Made by a program: the position numbers and the translations under genes. A stretch of DNA of 64,000 nt from a virus, in IMG/VR virus record IMGVR_UViG_3300014720_000003, positions 74,481 to 138,480 of that record. One strand, written 5' to 3'. The notes beneath the pieces are model-generated. The model saw nothing but the letters and a program-made list of their open reading frames with translations, ran no database searches and was not told the DNA's origin. Of the stretch, positions 10,107-20,634 are shown piece after piece (position 1 is the stretch's first letter; every line of letters begins with the position of its first letter).

Positions 10107-11140
10107 TCTGTGCTGCCGGGTGCTTTGTACTTACCTACAGTATACCCTGGTGTTGTATATTCGTCAAGTACCTTGTTGACACCCTTGATTTCAATATCGT
10201 GTTTGATTTGTTCGCATTTTGTCATGGTACTATCTATAGCACACACTTGATTGGGTCTATATTCCACTATTGGTAGCATACTACTATTGTCAAAAGTACT
10301 TTTACCAAAGTGACATAATTTATTACATTTCCAGGTTTTATTCAGTTGCGGAATTTTAGTGTGTTTTATCGTCTCGAATTTAGATCGTAGCATTTCTTCT
10401 GTTTTGATAAGATCTTTTTTATCATAACAAATGGTGAAAGCACCACCATCATTAATGAAGTTAATACTAACCATAACATGATCATACTCAGGATATAGTG
10501 AGCTAACAGCATAATGATATATTCTTAGTTGAGGATCGTCTTGTAATTTTGCTAAGGTTTTTTCCTGACCCGTGGCCCAATCCAATCTTTTACCAGTTTT
10601 CCAATCTATGATTTCTAATGTATTATCGTTAACTCTTGTGATAAGATCTATGGTTCCTTTAATAGCCAAATACCCCTCTAAATTATCTCTATCATATTTA
10701 TAATAGGCCCATTTCCGTTTAATCTCTATATCGAATCTTTGCTCTGGTTGCACAATGTCTCTGGAGCGAGGATCAAACGATCCATTGTGGTCTGTAATCG
10801 CTTTGTGAACCCAGGCGTGGCAGTCTTTATAGTCTTTAGCTTCCCATTCATGATGTTTAAACTGAGACGAATAGTACTTGTAAACTCTTTCTATAATAGT
10901 GGTCAAATTATAAGAATCTATAGATATTGAACCTAAAATATCATCGATATATACGGATAAATTATTTTGTTGACATAATTTAATATGCGCTAATATTTCT
11001 AGAACTTTGTGACAAATGGTGCCTTTATCGGCCTTCTTATTAGATGGGCTTTTAAGTCCTAAATTATATTCGATAAAATATTGCATAGGACACATACTGT
11101 GTGTGCCGTATGAACTACTTCTAAGATATGTAATAATTAT
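10103..11140 (-). CDS. PD-(D/E)XK RecB/Cas4-like exonuclease; probable ATA start at 11140
   Basis: GTIDL...IIDWKTG, QLRIY, CP and C-terminal Cys residues; frame stays open 15 codons upstream of the track ATG (11095). Confidence 0.8.
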   Translation of the reverse strand: MIITYLRSSSYGTHSMCPMQYFIEYNLGLKSPSNKKADKGTICHKVLEILAHIKLCQQNNLSVYIDDILGSISIDSYNLTTIIERVYKYYSSQFKHHEWEAKDYKDCHAWVHKAITDHNGSFDPRSRDIVQPEQRFDIEIKRKWAYYKYDRDNLEGYLAIKGTIDLITRVNDNTLEIIDWKTGKRLDWATGQEKTLAKLQDDPQLRIYHYAVSSLYPEYDHVMVSINFINDGGAFTICYDKKDLIKTEEMLRSKFETIKHTKIPQLNKTWKCNKLCHFGKSTFDNSSMLPIVEYRPNQVCAIDSTMTKCEQIKHDIEIKGVNKVLDEYTTPGYTVGKYKAPGSTE

Positions 11141-11730
11141 GTCAGCACCTTTTTCTTCTTTAGGAAGCTAATGACCATGTTGTTTTGCTCATCAATAGAA
11201 ATGTTCTCATTGTATATGACCAAGTCAAAATTCTTAATAGAGTAATTTTCTTCATCCAAAGCTGTTTCGCTAGCATGATTAGAATTATGTGGATTTCTAT
11301 TTAGCTTGATTACTATGCCCCCAACCTCTTTTACTGCCTCTACCTCATTAGGAAATCTACAATCGGCAATGATAGCTAGAGCAGGCTTATCATTATTTAT
11401 TTTTTGAATAGTAGCATTCGCCCAAACATCGTGTTTCATTTTTCTAAACACATCCGTCCCCACAAACTGCATGACTTCTCTGGCGGTTAATTGTTTGCCA
11501 TCCCATACTAACTGTGTTGGAGTGTTTTTGTCGATATCTTCTCCGTAGCACTGACTATATGATAGTCCAAGAATATTCATACAAATATCTTGTTTGAGAG
11601 GATCGGCAAAGTTATAAATCTTGGAACTATTAAATGGCTCAGTAGTACCATTATGGTATTTTGCCACAAATTCTGAACAGGTGGTTTTTCCGGACTGTTT
11701 ACGACCAGCGAATGCTATTATTTTTGTCAT
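11137..11730 (-). CDS. Deoxynucleoside monophosphate kinase
   Basis: GRKQSGKT, FADPLK, REVMQFVGT, DCRFPNE, HASE. Confidence 0.88.
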   Translation of the reverse strand: MTKIIAFAGRKQSGKTTCSEFVAKYHNGTTEPFNSSKIYNFADPLKQDICMNILGLSYSQCYGEDIDKNTPTQLVWDGKQLTAREVMQFVGTDVFRKMKHDVWANATIQKINNDKPALAIIADCRFPNEVEAVKEVGGIVIKLNRNPHNSNHASETALDEENYSIKNFDLVIYNENISIDEQNNMVISFLKKKKVLT

Positions 11731-12887
11731 ATAATTTTATTGATATATTCCTTAATTTCTACATCTATTTCTGATGATGTCATTTCTCCAATATCATTTT
11801 TAGAAATCTGAGGACTAAAAATCCTATAGGTGTTTTGACACTTAATTTTAATTTGATCTGCCGCCTTGCGACCAGCCTCATCATTATCTGTTAATATAAT
11901 AATATTCATAGCTCCAGACGAATCTAATAATATTTTTTGTCGATCACTTAATGAGGAACCAAATATAGCAACACTATTATGAATACCGTTTTCTTCTAAT
12001 CTCCAAACATTACCTGGGCTTTCCACAATAATAACTGTTGCTGTGCTTAGAATATGTTGTTTAGCAAACCAGAAATTATAGAGATGGTTTTGACTTTTGA
12101 AGCCGCTGCTGTGTTTCCATTTTGAATATTTCCAACCATCATCATTGTTTGGACAATTTGTATTTGTATCGTGATGTGATTTACATAAGCCGCATTTTTC
12201 AAAAATGCTACGACCAGAACAACCAATCATATACTTATAATCATTATCATATACTGGTACAACAATTCTTTTATACATTTCTTTGTCTGGTTTGTCACAT
12301 AAACCAACATCGTATTTGCTGAGTATTTCAGCAGAATATTTTCTATCGAGATAATATTGTGATGGTATGATTAAAGATCTAACTATTTGTGATCTGATAA
12401 TTTTTTTTGTGGTATTCTCATTATCAGAATTATTGAGATAACCTATCACGCTGGTGAACTGTTTTTTTTCTTTATCTTTTCTATTTATTTTAATATCAGA
12501 CAGATCTTTATTAATAATAGATGTTGCATATTCTACAGCTTCTTTAAATGAGCAACTATTATCTCCATTCTTGGTCCATCCATATTTTTGATGAGAAATA
12601 ACACCACGAATAAAACCCAATACTGATGCTTTAAAAATATTTTCACAATTATGTGTTCTACACTTCCAATTACCTCTGTAGTTGTCTCCAGTAGGATAGA
12701 GATTTAATGCGGACTGGTTATCTCCACCATGAATAGGACAACTCATAGTAATCATCTTATTATTTAACTTATAATCAAGACCCAAGGAGTCTAATAATAG
12801 TTCAATATTATCACAAACCTCATCACAAACTATTTTTAGCTTAGCTTGATCATTCAAATGGGATTGTCGTATCATTGTTGTCATCAA
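11727..12887 (-). CDS. DNA primase (CHC2 Zn finger + TOPRIM)
   Basis: CPIH...C.THNC, SGR, IVES, DNDEAG. Confidence 0.85.
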   Translation of the reverse strand: MMTTMIRQSHLNDQAKLKIVCDEVCDNIELLLDSLGLDYKLNNKMITMSCPIHGGDNQSALNLYPTGDNYRGNWKCRTHNCENIFKASVLGFIRGVISHQKYGWTKNGDNSCSFKEAVEYATSIINKDLSDIKINRKDKEKKQFTSVIGYLNNSDNENTTKKIIRSQIVRSLIIPSQYYLDRKYSAEILSKYDVGLCDKPDKEMYKRIVVPVYDNDYKYMIGCSGRSIFEKCGLCKSHHDTNTNCPNNDDGWKYSKWKHSSGFKSQNHLYNFWFAKQHILSTATVIIVESPGNVWRLEENGIHNSVAIFGSSLSDRQKILLDSSGAMNIIILTDNDEAGRKAADQIKIKCQNTYRIFSPQISKNDIGEMTSSEIDVEIKEYINKII

Positions 12888-14304
12888 CTATGAAACCCTT
12901 TTCATCTGATTTGTTATTATGAATAATTTCTAGTCTAGTTTTACCTTCTGTAATTTTTGCACACCAACCCTTCATATTACAATTTATATAATCATTATCG
13001 TCTAATCCACCACCATGACGACTGATCAATGGTACTAATTTTCTATTCCCATTATCTGAACCATCCTCAGCGATTTCTTCGTCACTTTTCCTTTTAAATA
13101 TTGTGAAATTACTACATAGCCATATGATTCTGTCTGAACCACTAGCGGTGTCTGTGCTTTCTTTGGTGATGCCATCTCTATTTAATTGTATAAAACCAAC
13201 GATTGGTACTTTATATCTCACAGCAAAATTATGTAAACTGGTCATCATAAAGCCCAATAACTGATATTCTTTCAGATCCTGACTAATACCAGCGCTATCC
13301 ATTAGTTTTAGATAATCATAAAAAATAACACAATCTTTCGCAGTACCATCATCGTTGAGTCCCACTTCTTTAACCAACCATCTTCTCATGATAGATAATT
13401 GATCTTCAAATGGTTTACCAGCAATGCTTTTATAAAATAGTTTGGTTTTCTTCAATGACTCTACCGCTTCTGATATCTTGTTTTGTTTTTCTGGTGATTC
13501 GACAAATCTGCCTGTTTCGATATCGTTTATCTCAACCTCGGTCATCATTGCTAAAACTCTATTGATATGATCTTCTTTTGCCATTTCCGTATCCATATTT
13601 AAAACTGGTATATTCAGTTTATTAGCAATATAAAAACCAATATTATCTGATAGTAATGTTTTACCTGTTTTGGGTCTAGCCGCTATAATATTCACTGTTC
13701 CTCTTCGTAAACCACCACCTATAGCTTTATCATAAATAGGAAAACCTGTAGGTATGCCGACTTGATCTATAGGATTATCTATGAGATTCTGTATATAATT
13801 ATCTAGTCCTTCGCCTATCTTAGCAGGTTTGTCATCGGCATCATTCAATAAAGATGTAAAATTAAAAATACCGTCTTCTGCCATGCCAATAATTGATGAG
13901 ACAGGTTCCGTGCCGTTAACATCAAGGAGCTTGTCTTGAACTAGTTCTAGTTGTTTACGTAGTAATCTAGCTATTTCTAGCTTTCTTATCTTAGCGGCAA
14001 ATTTTCTAACATTATCTAGTTCTACAGGAAAATCTATTATGGCTTTTAGGTGTTGTGTTTCTTCTTTTTTGGATAAAACATGAGACAACCCCAACTCTTC
14101 AGCAGCAGAGTATATAGAAGCTATGTCTAGCTTAGTGTTATTGCTATCAAATAGTCTTTTGATACATTTGAATATTAGAACATTACTATCTATAGTGAAT
14201 GATGATTCTTGGATAATATCGGCTATATCCAGATAGGCTTCATCTCCATAATTATAGATTCCAGCTAAAACTGCTCTTTCAGCAGCAGGATCACATAAGA
14301 TCAT
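12850..14304 (-). CDS. dnaB: Replicative DNA helicase
   Basis: AERAVL, ARPKTGKT, TEM, DYLKLM, QLNR. Confidence 0.92.
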   Translation of the reverse strand: MILCDPAAERAVLAGIYNYGDEAYLDIADIIQESSFTIDSNVLIFKCIKRLFDSNNTKLDIASIYSAAEELGLSHVLSKKEETQHLKAIIDFPVELDNVRKFAAKIRKLEIARLLRKQLELVQDKLLDVNGTEPVSSIIGMAEDGIFNFTSLLNDADDKPAKIGEGLDNYIQNLIDNPIDQVGIPTGFPIYDKAIGGGLRRGTVNIIAARPKTGKTLLSDNIGFYIANKLNIPVLNMDTEMAKEDHINRVLAMMTEVEINDIETGRFVESPEKQNKISEAVESLKKTKLFYKSIAGKPFEDQLSIMRRWLVKEVGLNDDGTAKDCVIFYDYLKLMDSAGISQDLKEYQLLGFMMTSLHNFAVRYKVPIVGFIQLNRDGITKESTDTASGSDRIIWLCSNFTIFKRKSDEEIAEDGSDNGNRKLVPLISRHGGGLDDNDYINCNMKGWCAKITEGKTRLEIIHNNKSDEKGFIVDDNNDTTIPFE

Positions 14305-14307
14305 CTA

Positions 14308-14670
14308 TCACCCCGCTCCAGTCGAACACTTGTTACACTTGTATCTTTCTTTAGACTCTACCAAGACCGGAGGAACCTTATCTTTTTTTCCACACACCCT
14401 ACATTGAACATTGATATAATCAAAATCTCTATTTCTGGCGGATGGTGGTGGTTTTCTAATTTTTCTATCAAATTCCACATCCTCTTTACACATATTAAAT
14501 TCTGCCATTTGATCAAACTTATTGATACGATTAGTTTTCTTTTTTGTGGATGTGCTATTTTTCGTTTTGTTAGATCTCGGCTTATCTACAGTATCATCGT
14601 CGTTGTCATCTGTTAATCCTTTTTGCAGAATAGCTATCAAAGCTTTGATATCATCTTTATCAAGTCCCAT
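14308..14670 (-). CDS. Zn-ribbon hypothetical protein
   Basis: CRVC...CNKC. Confidence 0.6.
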   Translation of the reverse strand: MGLDKDDIKALIAILQKGLTDDNDDDTVDKPRSNKTKNSTSTKKKTNRINKFDQMAEFNMCKEDVEFDRKIRKPPPSARNRDFDYINVQCRVCGKKDKVPPVLVESKERYKCNKCSTGAG

Positions 14671-15163
14671 GCTTCACCTTTGTTTTTTGTATAGACAATA
14701 ATATATCAGAAAGATTTTTTATTCCATTAGCTAAATATGATAATCTATCACTACGTTGTTTGGCATACACCTTAATTTTATTTAATGATGAGGCTTTATC
14801 ATTGTGTTTAATTGCCTGTCCAGATTTTTCTAGATATCCATATCCTTTGTAGTTATTTATTTCGTCTGCAATCGTTTCTTTGATAACTTCATCAGCCCAG
14901 TTAAATCTTGCTAACTCCCTGTTGACTGTTCTTTGTATATGAAAAGCAAACTGACCTAATCTATAAGAAATTTGAGCGCAGTCTTCTGGACCAAGTTTTT
15001 CTATACTATCTCTGTTCATAGTAAGATAAATATTTAGCTCATCAGATCCCAAGACATCTTCTTTGTATTCTGGCAAACCAATTGATTGTTCATATTCGTC
15101 TAAAATATCATCCCAATATTTAATTTCTTCTTTTGATGTTTTAAGCATTGTTAATCCTTTCAA
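14660..15163 (-). CDS. Helical hypothetical protein, possibly a UvsY-like recombination mediator
   Basis: Coiled-coil character between recA and dnaB; function is inference. Confidence 0.4.
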   Translation of the reverse strand: MKGLTMLKTSKEEIKYWDDILDEYEQSIGLPEYKEDVLGSDELNIYLTMNRDSIEKLGPEDCAQISYRLGQFAFHIQRTVNRELARFNWADEVIKETIADEINNYKGYGYLEKSGQAIKHNDKASSLNKIKVYAKQRSDRLSYLANGIKNLSDILLSIQKTKVKHGT

Positions 15164-15548
15164 ACCATGACTCTATAGATTCGTTATAGGGTAAAGCAAT
15201 ATAGGTTATCTGGTTAAGATCACACCACTCCTTTTTTTCTCTATCTCTTTTTTGCGATTTTAAAAAATTCAGTAAGTTGTGATGGTAGAATTGCACAAAC
15301 TTATAGTGTTGTTCTCCATGCGCCTCTATGCAAGTTTTTTTTAGGGGTAAATAAAAATCTAAGTACAAAACCTCACTCTTTCTTAAAGAGATAGGTACTT
15401 CTTCCAAAACTTGGAGTGTGGGATATGTTTTAGATATCAGTTCTCTGGCCTGCAAATGCAAAGATGATCTATTTACAGTTCTACCCTTTGCCATATTACC
15501 ACTAAGTAACCAGTTATGTGAATTACCATCTAAATCAACTATTAACAT
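15141..15548 (-). CDS. Vsr/DUF559-like endonuclease
   Basis: LDFYLP...IEAHGEQH...QKRDREKKEWC. Confidence 0.7.
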   Translation of the reverse strand: MLIVDLDGNSHNWLLSGNMAKGRTVNRSSLHLQARELISKTYPTLQVLEEVPISLRKSEVLYLDFYLPLKKTCIEAHGEQHYKFVQFYHHNLLNFLKSQKRDREKKEWCDLNQITYIALPYNESIESWFERINNA

Positions 15549-16555
15549 TTAATACCCATTGTATCTTTTATGCTTTTCACCAAATTTTCATATGCTTCTG
15601 GATGATCTAATAGATAATGACGCACTTTTTCGGCTCCTTGAAATTTTGGTTTATCTTCTAGAGCCGTTAGAGTATACCATGCTCCACCCTTATGTATAAT
15701 ACCAATATCTGAAGCAAGGTTTATGGCCTCCATATACTTATCAATACCTTGTCCATATCTAATATAACTAGTAATATTACCACCCGGTGGCCCAAGAGCA
15801 GAGCATACAACTTGCCATTCTATCTCTTGTCCTATTTGATTACTGTCAGCACTAAGTACCCACGGTTTAAAACTCTTAGCCCTCAATTTGATATCTGTTT
15901 GATATGCAATGGCCTGCCCACTCTTTTCTTTAAACTCCGCACCATATCCTGTTGGATTACCCATCAAATGAGTAATACCAATTACAATATTTTTATTAAC
16001 AGGAATCACATTAGCTACTTTACGACAGAATTTAGCTAATAATTTTGCACCATCTGCTCGCTGCATCTTATCCATTTCACTAGTAATTTCTGCTTCGGTA
16101 CACAGTGCTGAATAAGAATCTATAATAAGGATACTTCCCGGTATCTCATTAATGATTTTTTCTGCTATTTGTAAATATTCTTCTGCGTGTAAGATCTTAC
16201 CCTCTTGGCTTCCTATAACATGAAATCTTGATAAATCCAGATCTTTGATGCCTTCTAAATCTCTTTTCTTTAATCTACCTTCAATGTTTAGATAGTACAC
16301 TTCTCTAGGGCCTTTTAGGGTTCCTTGATATTGAGATTTTTGAGCAGTAGATGCGAAGTCTAAAGATGTTGTGGTTTTACCGCATTTGGGTTGTCCTGTA
16401 AGAACAACGAAACTACCCTCTGGTATTCCTCCATTCAATACAATGTCTAGTGATGGACTTACTGGTATAGTAATGCTCTTTCTGTCTACAACAGCATTTC
16501 CATTTAATATGATATTGTCGCCAAAGGTTTTTATTACATCTTCTTTTAGACTCAT
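15542..16555 (-). CDS. recA: RecA-family recombinase
   Basis: SLDIVLNGGIPEG, GQPKCGKTT, IIDS, GIIHKGGAWY. Confidence 0.88.
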   Translation of the reverse strand: MSLKEDVIKTFGDNIILNGNAVVDRKSITIPVSPSLDIVLNGGIPEGSFVVLTGQPKCGKTTTSLDFASTAQKSQYQGTLKGPREVYYLNIEGRLKKRDLEGIKDLDLSRFHVIGSQEGKILHAEEYLQIAEKIINEIPGSILIIDSYSALCTEAEITSEMDKMQRADGAKLLAKFCRKVANVIPVNKNIVIGITHLMGNPTGYGAEFKEKSGQAIAYQTDIKLRAKSFKPWVLSADSNQIGQEIEWQVVCSALGPPGGNITSYIRYGQGIDKYMEAINLASDIGIIHKGGAWYTLTALEDKPKFQGAEKVRHYLLDHPEAYENLVKSIKDTMGIKC

Positions 16556-16986
16556 TATTCTAGATCCTTAAGTTTGGAAATGATATTCTTTGTTGGTTGT
16601 GGCTTACTATAATTGATATCTTGTTTTCTTGACAAATCAACAGATAAATTTTGATTTTGTTGACTTAGCTTGATCTGTTCTTGTTCTATGATAGGTACGA
16701 GGTGAGGTGCTCGCAGCGAATATATTTTTGTTGCTTTGCTGTTGTTGAGCGCTCTGACTATAGCAATATCGGAATACTTTTTAAGTAATTTATGAGCTGA
16801 AGATATTTGATTTCGATAAAATTTTTCCCATTCTGGAGTAAGCCAAAATCTATAATGTAAATCTTGCTTATTAATAATAGCCATTTTCTCACAAATCATT
16901 TCTGTGATATATTGTGCGGCTGATACTTCTTTACCATTCGAATATTTAGAAGGATATTTTTTCTTCATTATATTGTATTTTTCCAT
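16555..16986 (-). CDS. Hypothetical protein
   Basis: ORF coupled to recA. Confidence 0.55.
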   Translation of the reverse strand: MEKYNIMKKKYPSKYSNGKEVSAAQYITEMICEKMAIINKQDLHYRFWLTPEWEKFYRNQISSAHKLLKKYSDIAIVRALNNSKATKIYSLRAPHLVPIIEQEQIKLSQQNQNLSVDLSRKQDINYSKPQPTKNIISKLKDLE

Positions 16987-17615
16987 ATGTCTTCATAATA
17001 ACCCCACCCAGGATAATTTTTATAAGCTAGGTTTTGATATGTTTTATAATGGGTAGTAAAATGATGTCCATGATTAATATGTATACAAGCTTTTGAGGAT
17101 GTCCATGTTGTTCTATTGTCGTCTGGTTCTAGATTGAGCACAACATCTTTGATGGCTGTTTTGATTCTTTGTTCAAAATGATGTACAGCCTCATCAAATA
17201 TCATTATCATTTGATGTAATGGTTGGTGATTTGGTGCTGACAATTGAAAACCAGTATCACATAAACCTATATAGTTAGCATTGCATAAACATCCAGTATC
17301 AAATTCAGGAAATAAAAAATATTCTTCTGGATATATTACATCATGTTCCAAAAAACAAACATACTTATATTGGTTTGGATCCACACTATACAACAGTTGT
17401 AGTATTTGAATAATAATATTTAGATGGTTTTTACTATTTGTTAATGCTCTTTTACTATCAAAAGGATTATTATTAATTTTGAACCAAGAGCATGTTTTTA
17501 TATCTACTAGATGCTTGTTTAAAGAAATATCACGCAAACTATTTAGTGTATATTCTATAATTTTTGGAATAGAATTATCAGTGTAATATACTCCTAATTT
17601 ATTGGTTGTAGACAT
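16968..17615 (-). CDS. Putative GT-A glycosyltransferase-like protein
   Basis: VCFLEHDVIYP, a DxD-like motif. Confidence 0.45.
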   Translation of the reverse strand: MSTTNKLGVYYTDNSIPKIIEYTLNSLRDISLNKHLVDIKTCSWFKINNNPFDSKRALTNSKNHLNIIIQILQLLYSVDPNQYKYVCFLEHDVIYPEEYFLFPEFDTGCLCNANYIGLCDTGFQLSAPNHQPLHQMIMIFDEAVHHFEQRIKTAIKDVVLNLEPDDNRTTWTSSKACIHINHGHHFTTHYKTYQNLAYKNYPGWGYYEDIWKNTI

Positions 17616-18261
17616 TTTTATTTACAAACCAGCTATCAAAATCAGTTATCTCTGGAAATACATTAATAAAGTTGTTTTGTTCCAATAGTTGTATAATCTT
17701 AGATTTGTTCTCTGTATGGTTGTGTTCAACAGACATTGTGAGGATATCATATGAGAAATTAAAACTATTTAGTATATCAAATTCAGAACCCTCTGTATCT
17801 ATTGAAACATAATCTATAGTTTGTGGCGCATTATATTGAGATAATAGATCATTTAATGAAACAGATTCAACGTCGTAGATTTTAGCGTCTACTCTATTCC
17901 AAGCCCAAAAATCATTGTTAGTATAACTATCTATACAAGATAATTCTCCAAATTTGCAATCTCTAAATGATAGATTTTGTCCTGTTGAAGAAGATACACA
18001 TCTAAAATCTTTGCGGCATGACCGATTAGCTAATAAAGATTCGTGGTATTGTTTGGCTGGTTCACAAAGTATACCAGACCACGAATATTCTTTTTCCAAC
18101 AAGAATGTATTAGATTTTTCTATACCATCTGTGGCACCAAACTCAACAAAATATCCATTTGTTTTTTCTCCAAGAATAAATAATACAAACAAATCTTGTC
18201 CTAATTGAGAATATTTAGATTTATTCTGTTGATATTCTAAAAATCTATTTATATCTAGCAT
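17599..18261 (-). CDS. FkbM-family methyltransferase
   Basis: SQLGQD, VEFGATDG, SNT, IDTEGSE. Confidence 0.88.
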   Translation of the reverse strand: MLDINRFLEYQQNKSKYSQLGQDLFVLFILGEKTNGYFVEFGATDGIEKSNTFLLEKEYSWSGILCEPAKQYHESLLANRSCRKDFRCVSSSTGQNLSFRDCKFGELSCIDSYTNNDFWAWNRVDAKIYDVESVSLNDLLSQYNAPQTIDYVSIDTEGSEFDILNSFNFSYDILTMSVEHNHTENKSKIIQLLEQNNFINVFPEITDFDSWFVNKNVYNQ

Positions 18262-18269
18262 AATTAATT

Positions 18270-18572
18270 TTAGCTATTTTTAGGTCTATATATACAATCT
18301 TGTGTTCTATTGGTGGTATTCATATTTTTTATCAGTTCATCATTTTGCATAGATGCTGCTTGTGTCATGATGCTAACATTTTTGCTTTTTTTAGCACTAG
18401 TTTCATTGATCATTAGGTTTTTAGTGGATGATTGTTTGTTTGTGGGATTTTTATCCAAAATTTTAGACACATCAGATTCTTTGAGCTTTAGTTCTTTCGC
18501 TATTGTAGCATTATCCATTTTCATGGTGTCGTGTAAATATTTAACGGCGTATTCTTGGATTTTTGTGCTCAT
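18270..18572 (-). CDS. Hypothetical protein with HTH-like N-terminus
   Basis: ATIAKELKLKESDVSKIL. Confidence 0.5.
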   Translation of the reverse strand: MSTKIQEYAVKYLHDTMKMDNATIAKELKLKESDVSKILDKNPTNKQSSTKNLMINETSAKKSKNVSIMTQAASMQNDELIKNMNTTNRTQDCIYRPKNS

Positions 18573-18976
18573 TAGGACATCTCTCTTTCTGCATTATTTA
18601 TCCATGCTATGTTTTTTGTGGTAAGAAAATTAGAATATAGATCGAAGATTTGTTGATTTACCTCTTTGAATTCCCATTCTTTTCTACCAATCTTACTCAT
18701 GAATTTATTGTTATTGCCCTCACTATATAGCCCTATTGGATTATACAGTTTGCCGTGTGCTCCAACTTTTACAAAATATCTTTTAGGATTAGTTCCATAC
18801 TGGGAGGATTTTGCTACCACTAATTCATTCTCTTTGTTTGCTCTTGGTTTTTTATTTTCGTCTATAAAGTCGTGATCACCTAATATGGTATAAAAACACT
18901 CTATACGATTAGTGTCCGTAGATGTTGTATTTTGACGATAGATAAATTGATCGGTATCTGTTGTTAATTTGGCCAT
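18572..18976 (-). CDS. Hypothetical protein
   Basis: ORF with coupled overlaps. Confidence 0.55.
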   Translation of the reverse strand: MAKLTTDTDQFIYRQNTTSTDTNRIECFYTILGDHDFIDENKKPRANKENELVVAKSSQYGTNPKRYFVKVGAHGKLYNPIGLYSEGNNNKFMSKIGRKEWEFKEVNQQIFDLYSNFLTTKNIAWINNAEREMS

Positions 18977-19311
18977 ATGGTTTTTGGTCCTTTCTTTATT
19001 CTTGACATTCCTTTTGGTAGGGGTTTTTCCGACTGTTTTTCTTTGTAATCATTATGTTTGGAGTATAATGATGTTTTTTGATCATCGCTCATTCTGTCTC
19101 TATTTCTATTAGCTAAATCTCCTATGGTTTTTAGTTCACTATCTGATTTTCTTACCGATGCTGATTGTGTGGCTAAATCAAGCATATAATCTCTGTGTGT
19201 ATCCGTATTTTTACAGAATGTGCATTTGGGTGATTGCTCGTAATCTTTGATGTAAAAAAACAACTCGAACTGTTTATGACAATGATTACAATGATATGAA
19301 TAGGTTGGCAT
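18964..19311 (-). CDS. FmdB-family Zn-ribbon protein
   Basis: MPTYSYHCNHC...FE...CTFC; likely start at MPTY. Confidence 0.75.
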   Translation of the reverse strand: MPTYSYHCNHCHKQFELFFYIKDYEQSPKCTFCKNTDTHRDYMLDLATQSASVRKSDSELKTIGDLANRNRDRMSDDQKTSLYSKHNDYKEKQSEKPLPKGMSRIKKGPKTIWPN

Positions 19312-19313
19312 AT

Positions 19314-19898
19314 CTACACAATATAAGAATCTGGTAAATAGATAGACCATTCTGGTGGTAGGTCTGTTTTTATTTTAGATAGGTGGTACGAGATTGGCAA
19401 GTATTTGGGACTCTTATTTGGCTTGAATGGTAGCCCTAATAAGGACATATGCGCCTGTTTGGGGGTTCGGTTTCCCTTTTTACGATTACATGATATGCAA
19501 GATGTTACAATATTGGTCCAACAAGTGGGAGAACCATTATCGTTATTCCATATAGATTTCGGAATCACATGATCATAAGTTAATTCATTGTATGTAAAAA
19601 CACTAGAACAATATTGACACGTAAAATTATCTCGTATAAAAATGTTCTTACGAGAGAATGTAACATTTTGTTTATCTATTTTAAAGTATCGTTTGGTCCT
19701 AGCAACTGCTGGTACTGGATATTTTCTGTTGTTTGTTCCATTTATATGATCATCTTTATAGAAATCAATCACATCAATACCATACCTTGGATTGTGTTCG
19801 TATTTCATATACCAAACTATAGCTTTTTGCCAATCAATAATTGATAATGGGCTATAATCAGCATTGAGCAGTAGACATTTACTGTTTTTTAGTCTCAT
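19314..19898 (-). CDS. HNH endonuclease
   Basis: RDNFTCQYC, DHVIP, NIVTSCISCNRKKG. Confidence 0.9.
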   Translation of the reverse strand: MRLKNSKCLLLNADYSPLSIIDWQKAIVWYMKYEHNPRYGIDVIDFYKDDHINGTNNRKYPVPAVARTKRYFKIDKQNVTFSRKNIFIRDNFTCQYCSSVFTYNELTYDHVIPKSIWNNDNGSPTCWTNIVTSCISCNRKKGNRTPKQAHMSLLGLPFKPNKSPKYLPISYHLSKIKTDLPPEWSIYLPDSYIV

Positions 19899-20610
19899 CT
19901 TCTAAAAACTCTAATCTTAGTAGAATCTTAGCAATAATTGGATTTCTAACAATATCCCCATATTCTAGTCTGGAAAGTCCTATGCTGTCCACACCATCGA
20001 GGGCTTTAATTAAATCCAAAAATCCGCCACGGAAATTCCTTGGCAAATCAGACTGACTAATATCTCCTGTTAATACCATTTTACTGTTGTTTCCTATGCG
20101 TGTCAACAACATTTTTAATTGATCATACGAAGCATTCTGGCACTCATCTGCTACTATAAAGCTATTGTGAAAGTTTCGTCCTCTCATTAATCCCAAGGGG
20201 ACTATCTCAATTTTATTATTAAGCTTTAATGCCGCATAATGACTCACAGGAATAAAATGCAATATTTCATCTAGTATTGGCAATAGGTAAGGATGTAATT
20301 TTTCCTCTGCTGTACCAGGAAGATATCCTATTTTCTCTCCGCTCTCTACTACTGGTCTGGTTATAATAATTTTTTTTATTTTATCATCTAATAGATATTC
20401 CAGAGCCATACCTATAGCAATATGTGTTTTACCACTTCCAGCCACGCCCTGACAAAACGTGATAGTATTTTCTGCTACTGTTCTTATATAATCTTTTTGA
20501 TTATCTGATCGTGGTCTTAATCTATTACGATATAGTGGACCACTCGATTCAATATCGTTTGTAGCATCTATAACCTTAGACTTTCTCTTATCTTTGTTGT
20601 TCTTTCTCAA
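19879..20610 (-). CDS. phoH: PhoH-family ATPase
   Basis: GVAGSGKT, GYLPG, MRGR, DECQN, GDISQSD. Confidence 0.93.
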   Translation of the reverse strand: MRKNNKDKRKSKVIDATNDIESSGPLYRNRLRPRSDNQKDYIRTVAENTITFCQGVAGSGKTHIAIGMALEYLLDDKIKKIIITRPVVESGEKIGYLPGTAEEKLHPYLLPILDEILHFIPVSHYAALKLNNKIEIVPLGLMRGRNFHNSFIVADECQNASYDQLKMLLTRIGNNSKMVLTGDISQSDLPRNFRGGFLDLIKALDGVDSIGLSRLEYGDIVRNPIIAKILLRLEFLEDETKKQ

Positions 20611-20634
20611 TGGGATACCTCGCTGAAAATGGGA

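Noticed and set aside
10103-11140. Cas4-like nuclease as evidence of CRISPR-Cas
   Set aside because: No repeat-spacer array or other cas genes seen; stand-alone homologs are common in phage replication modules
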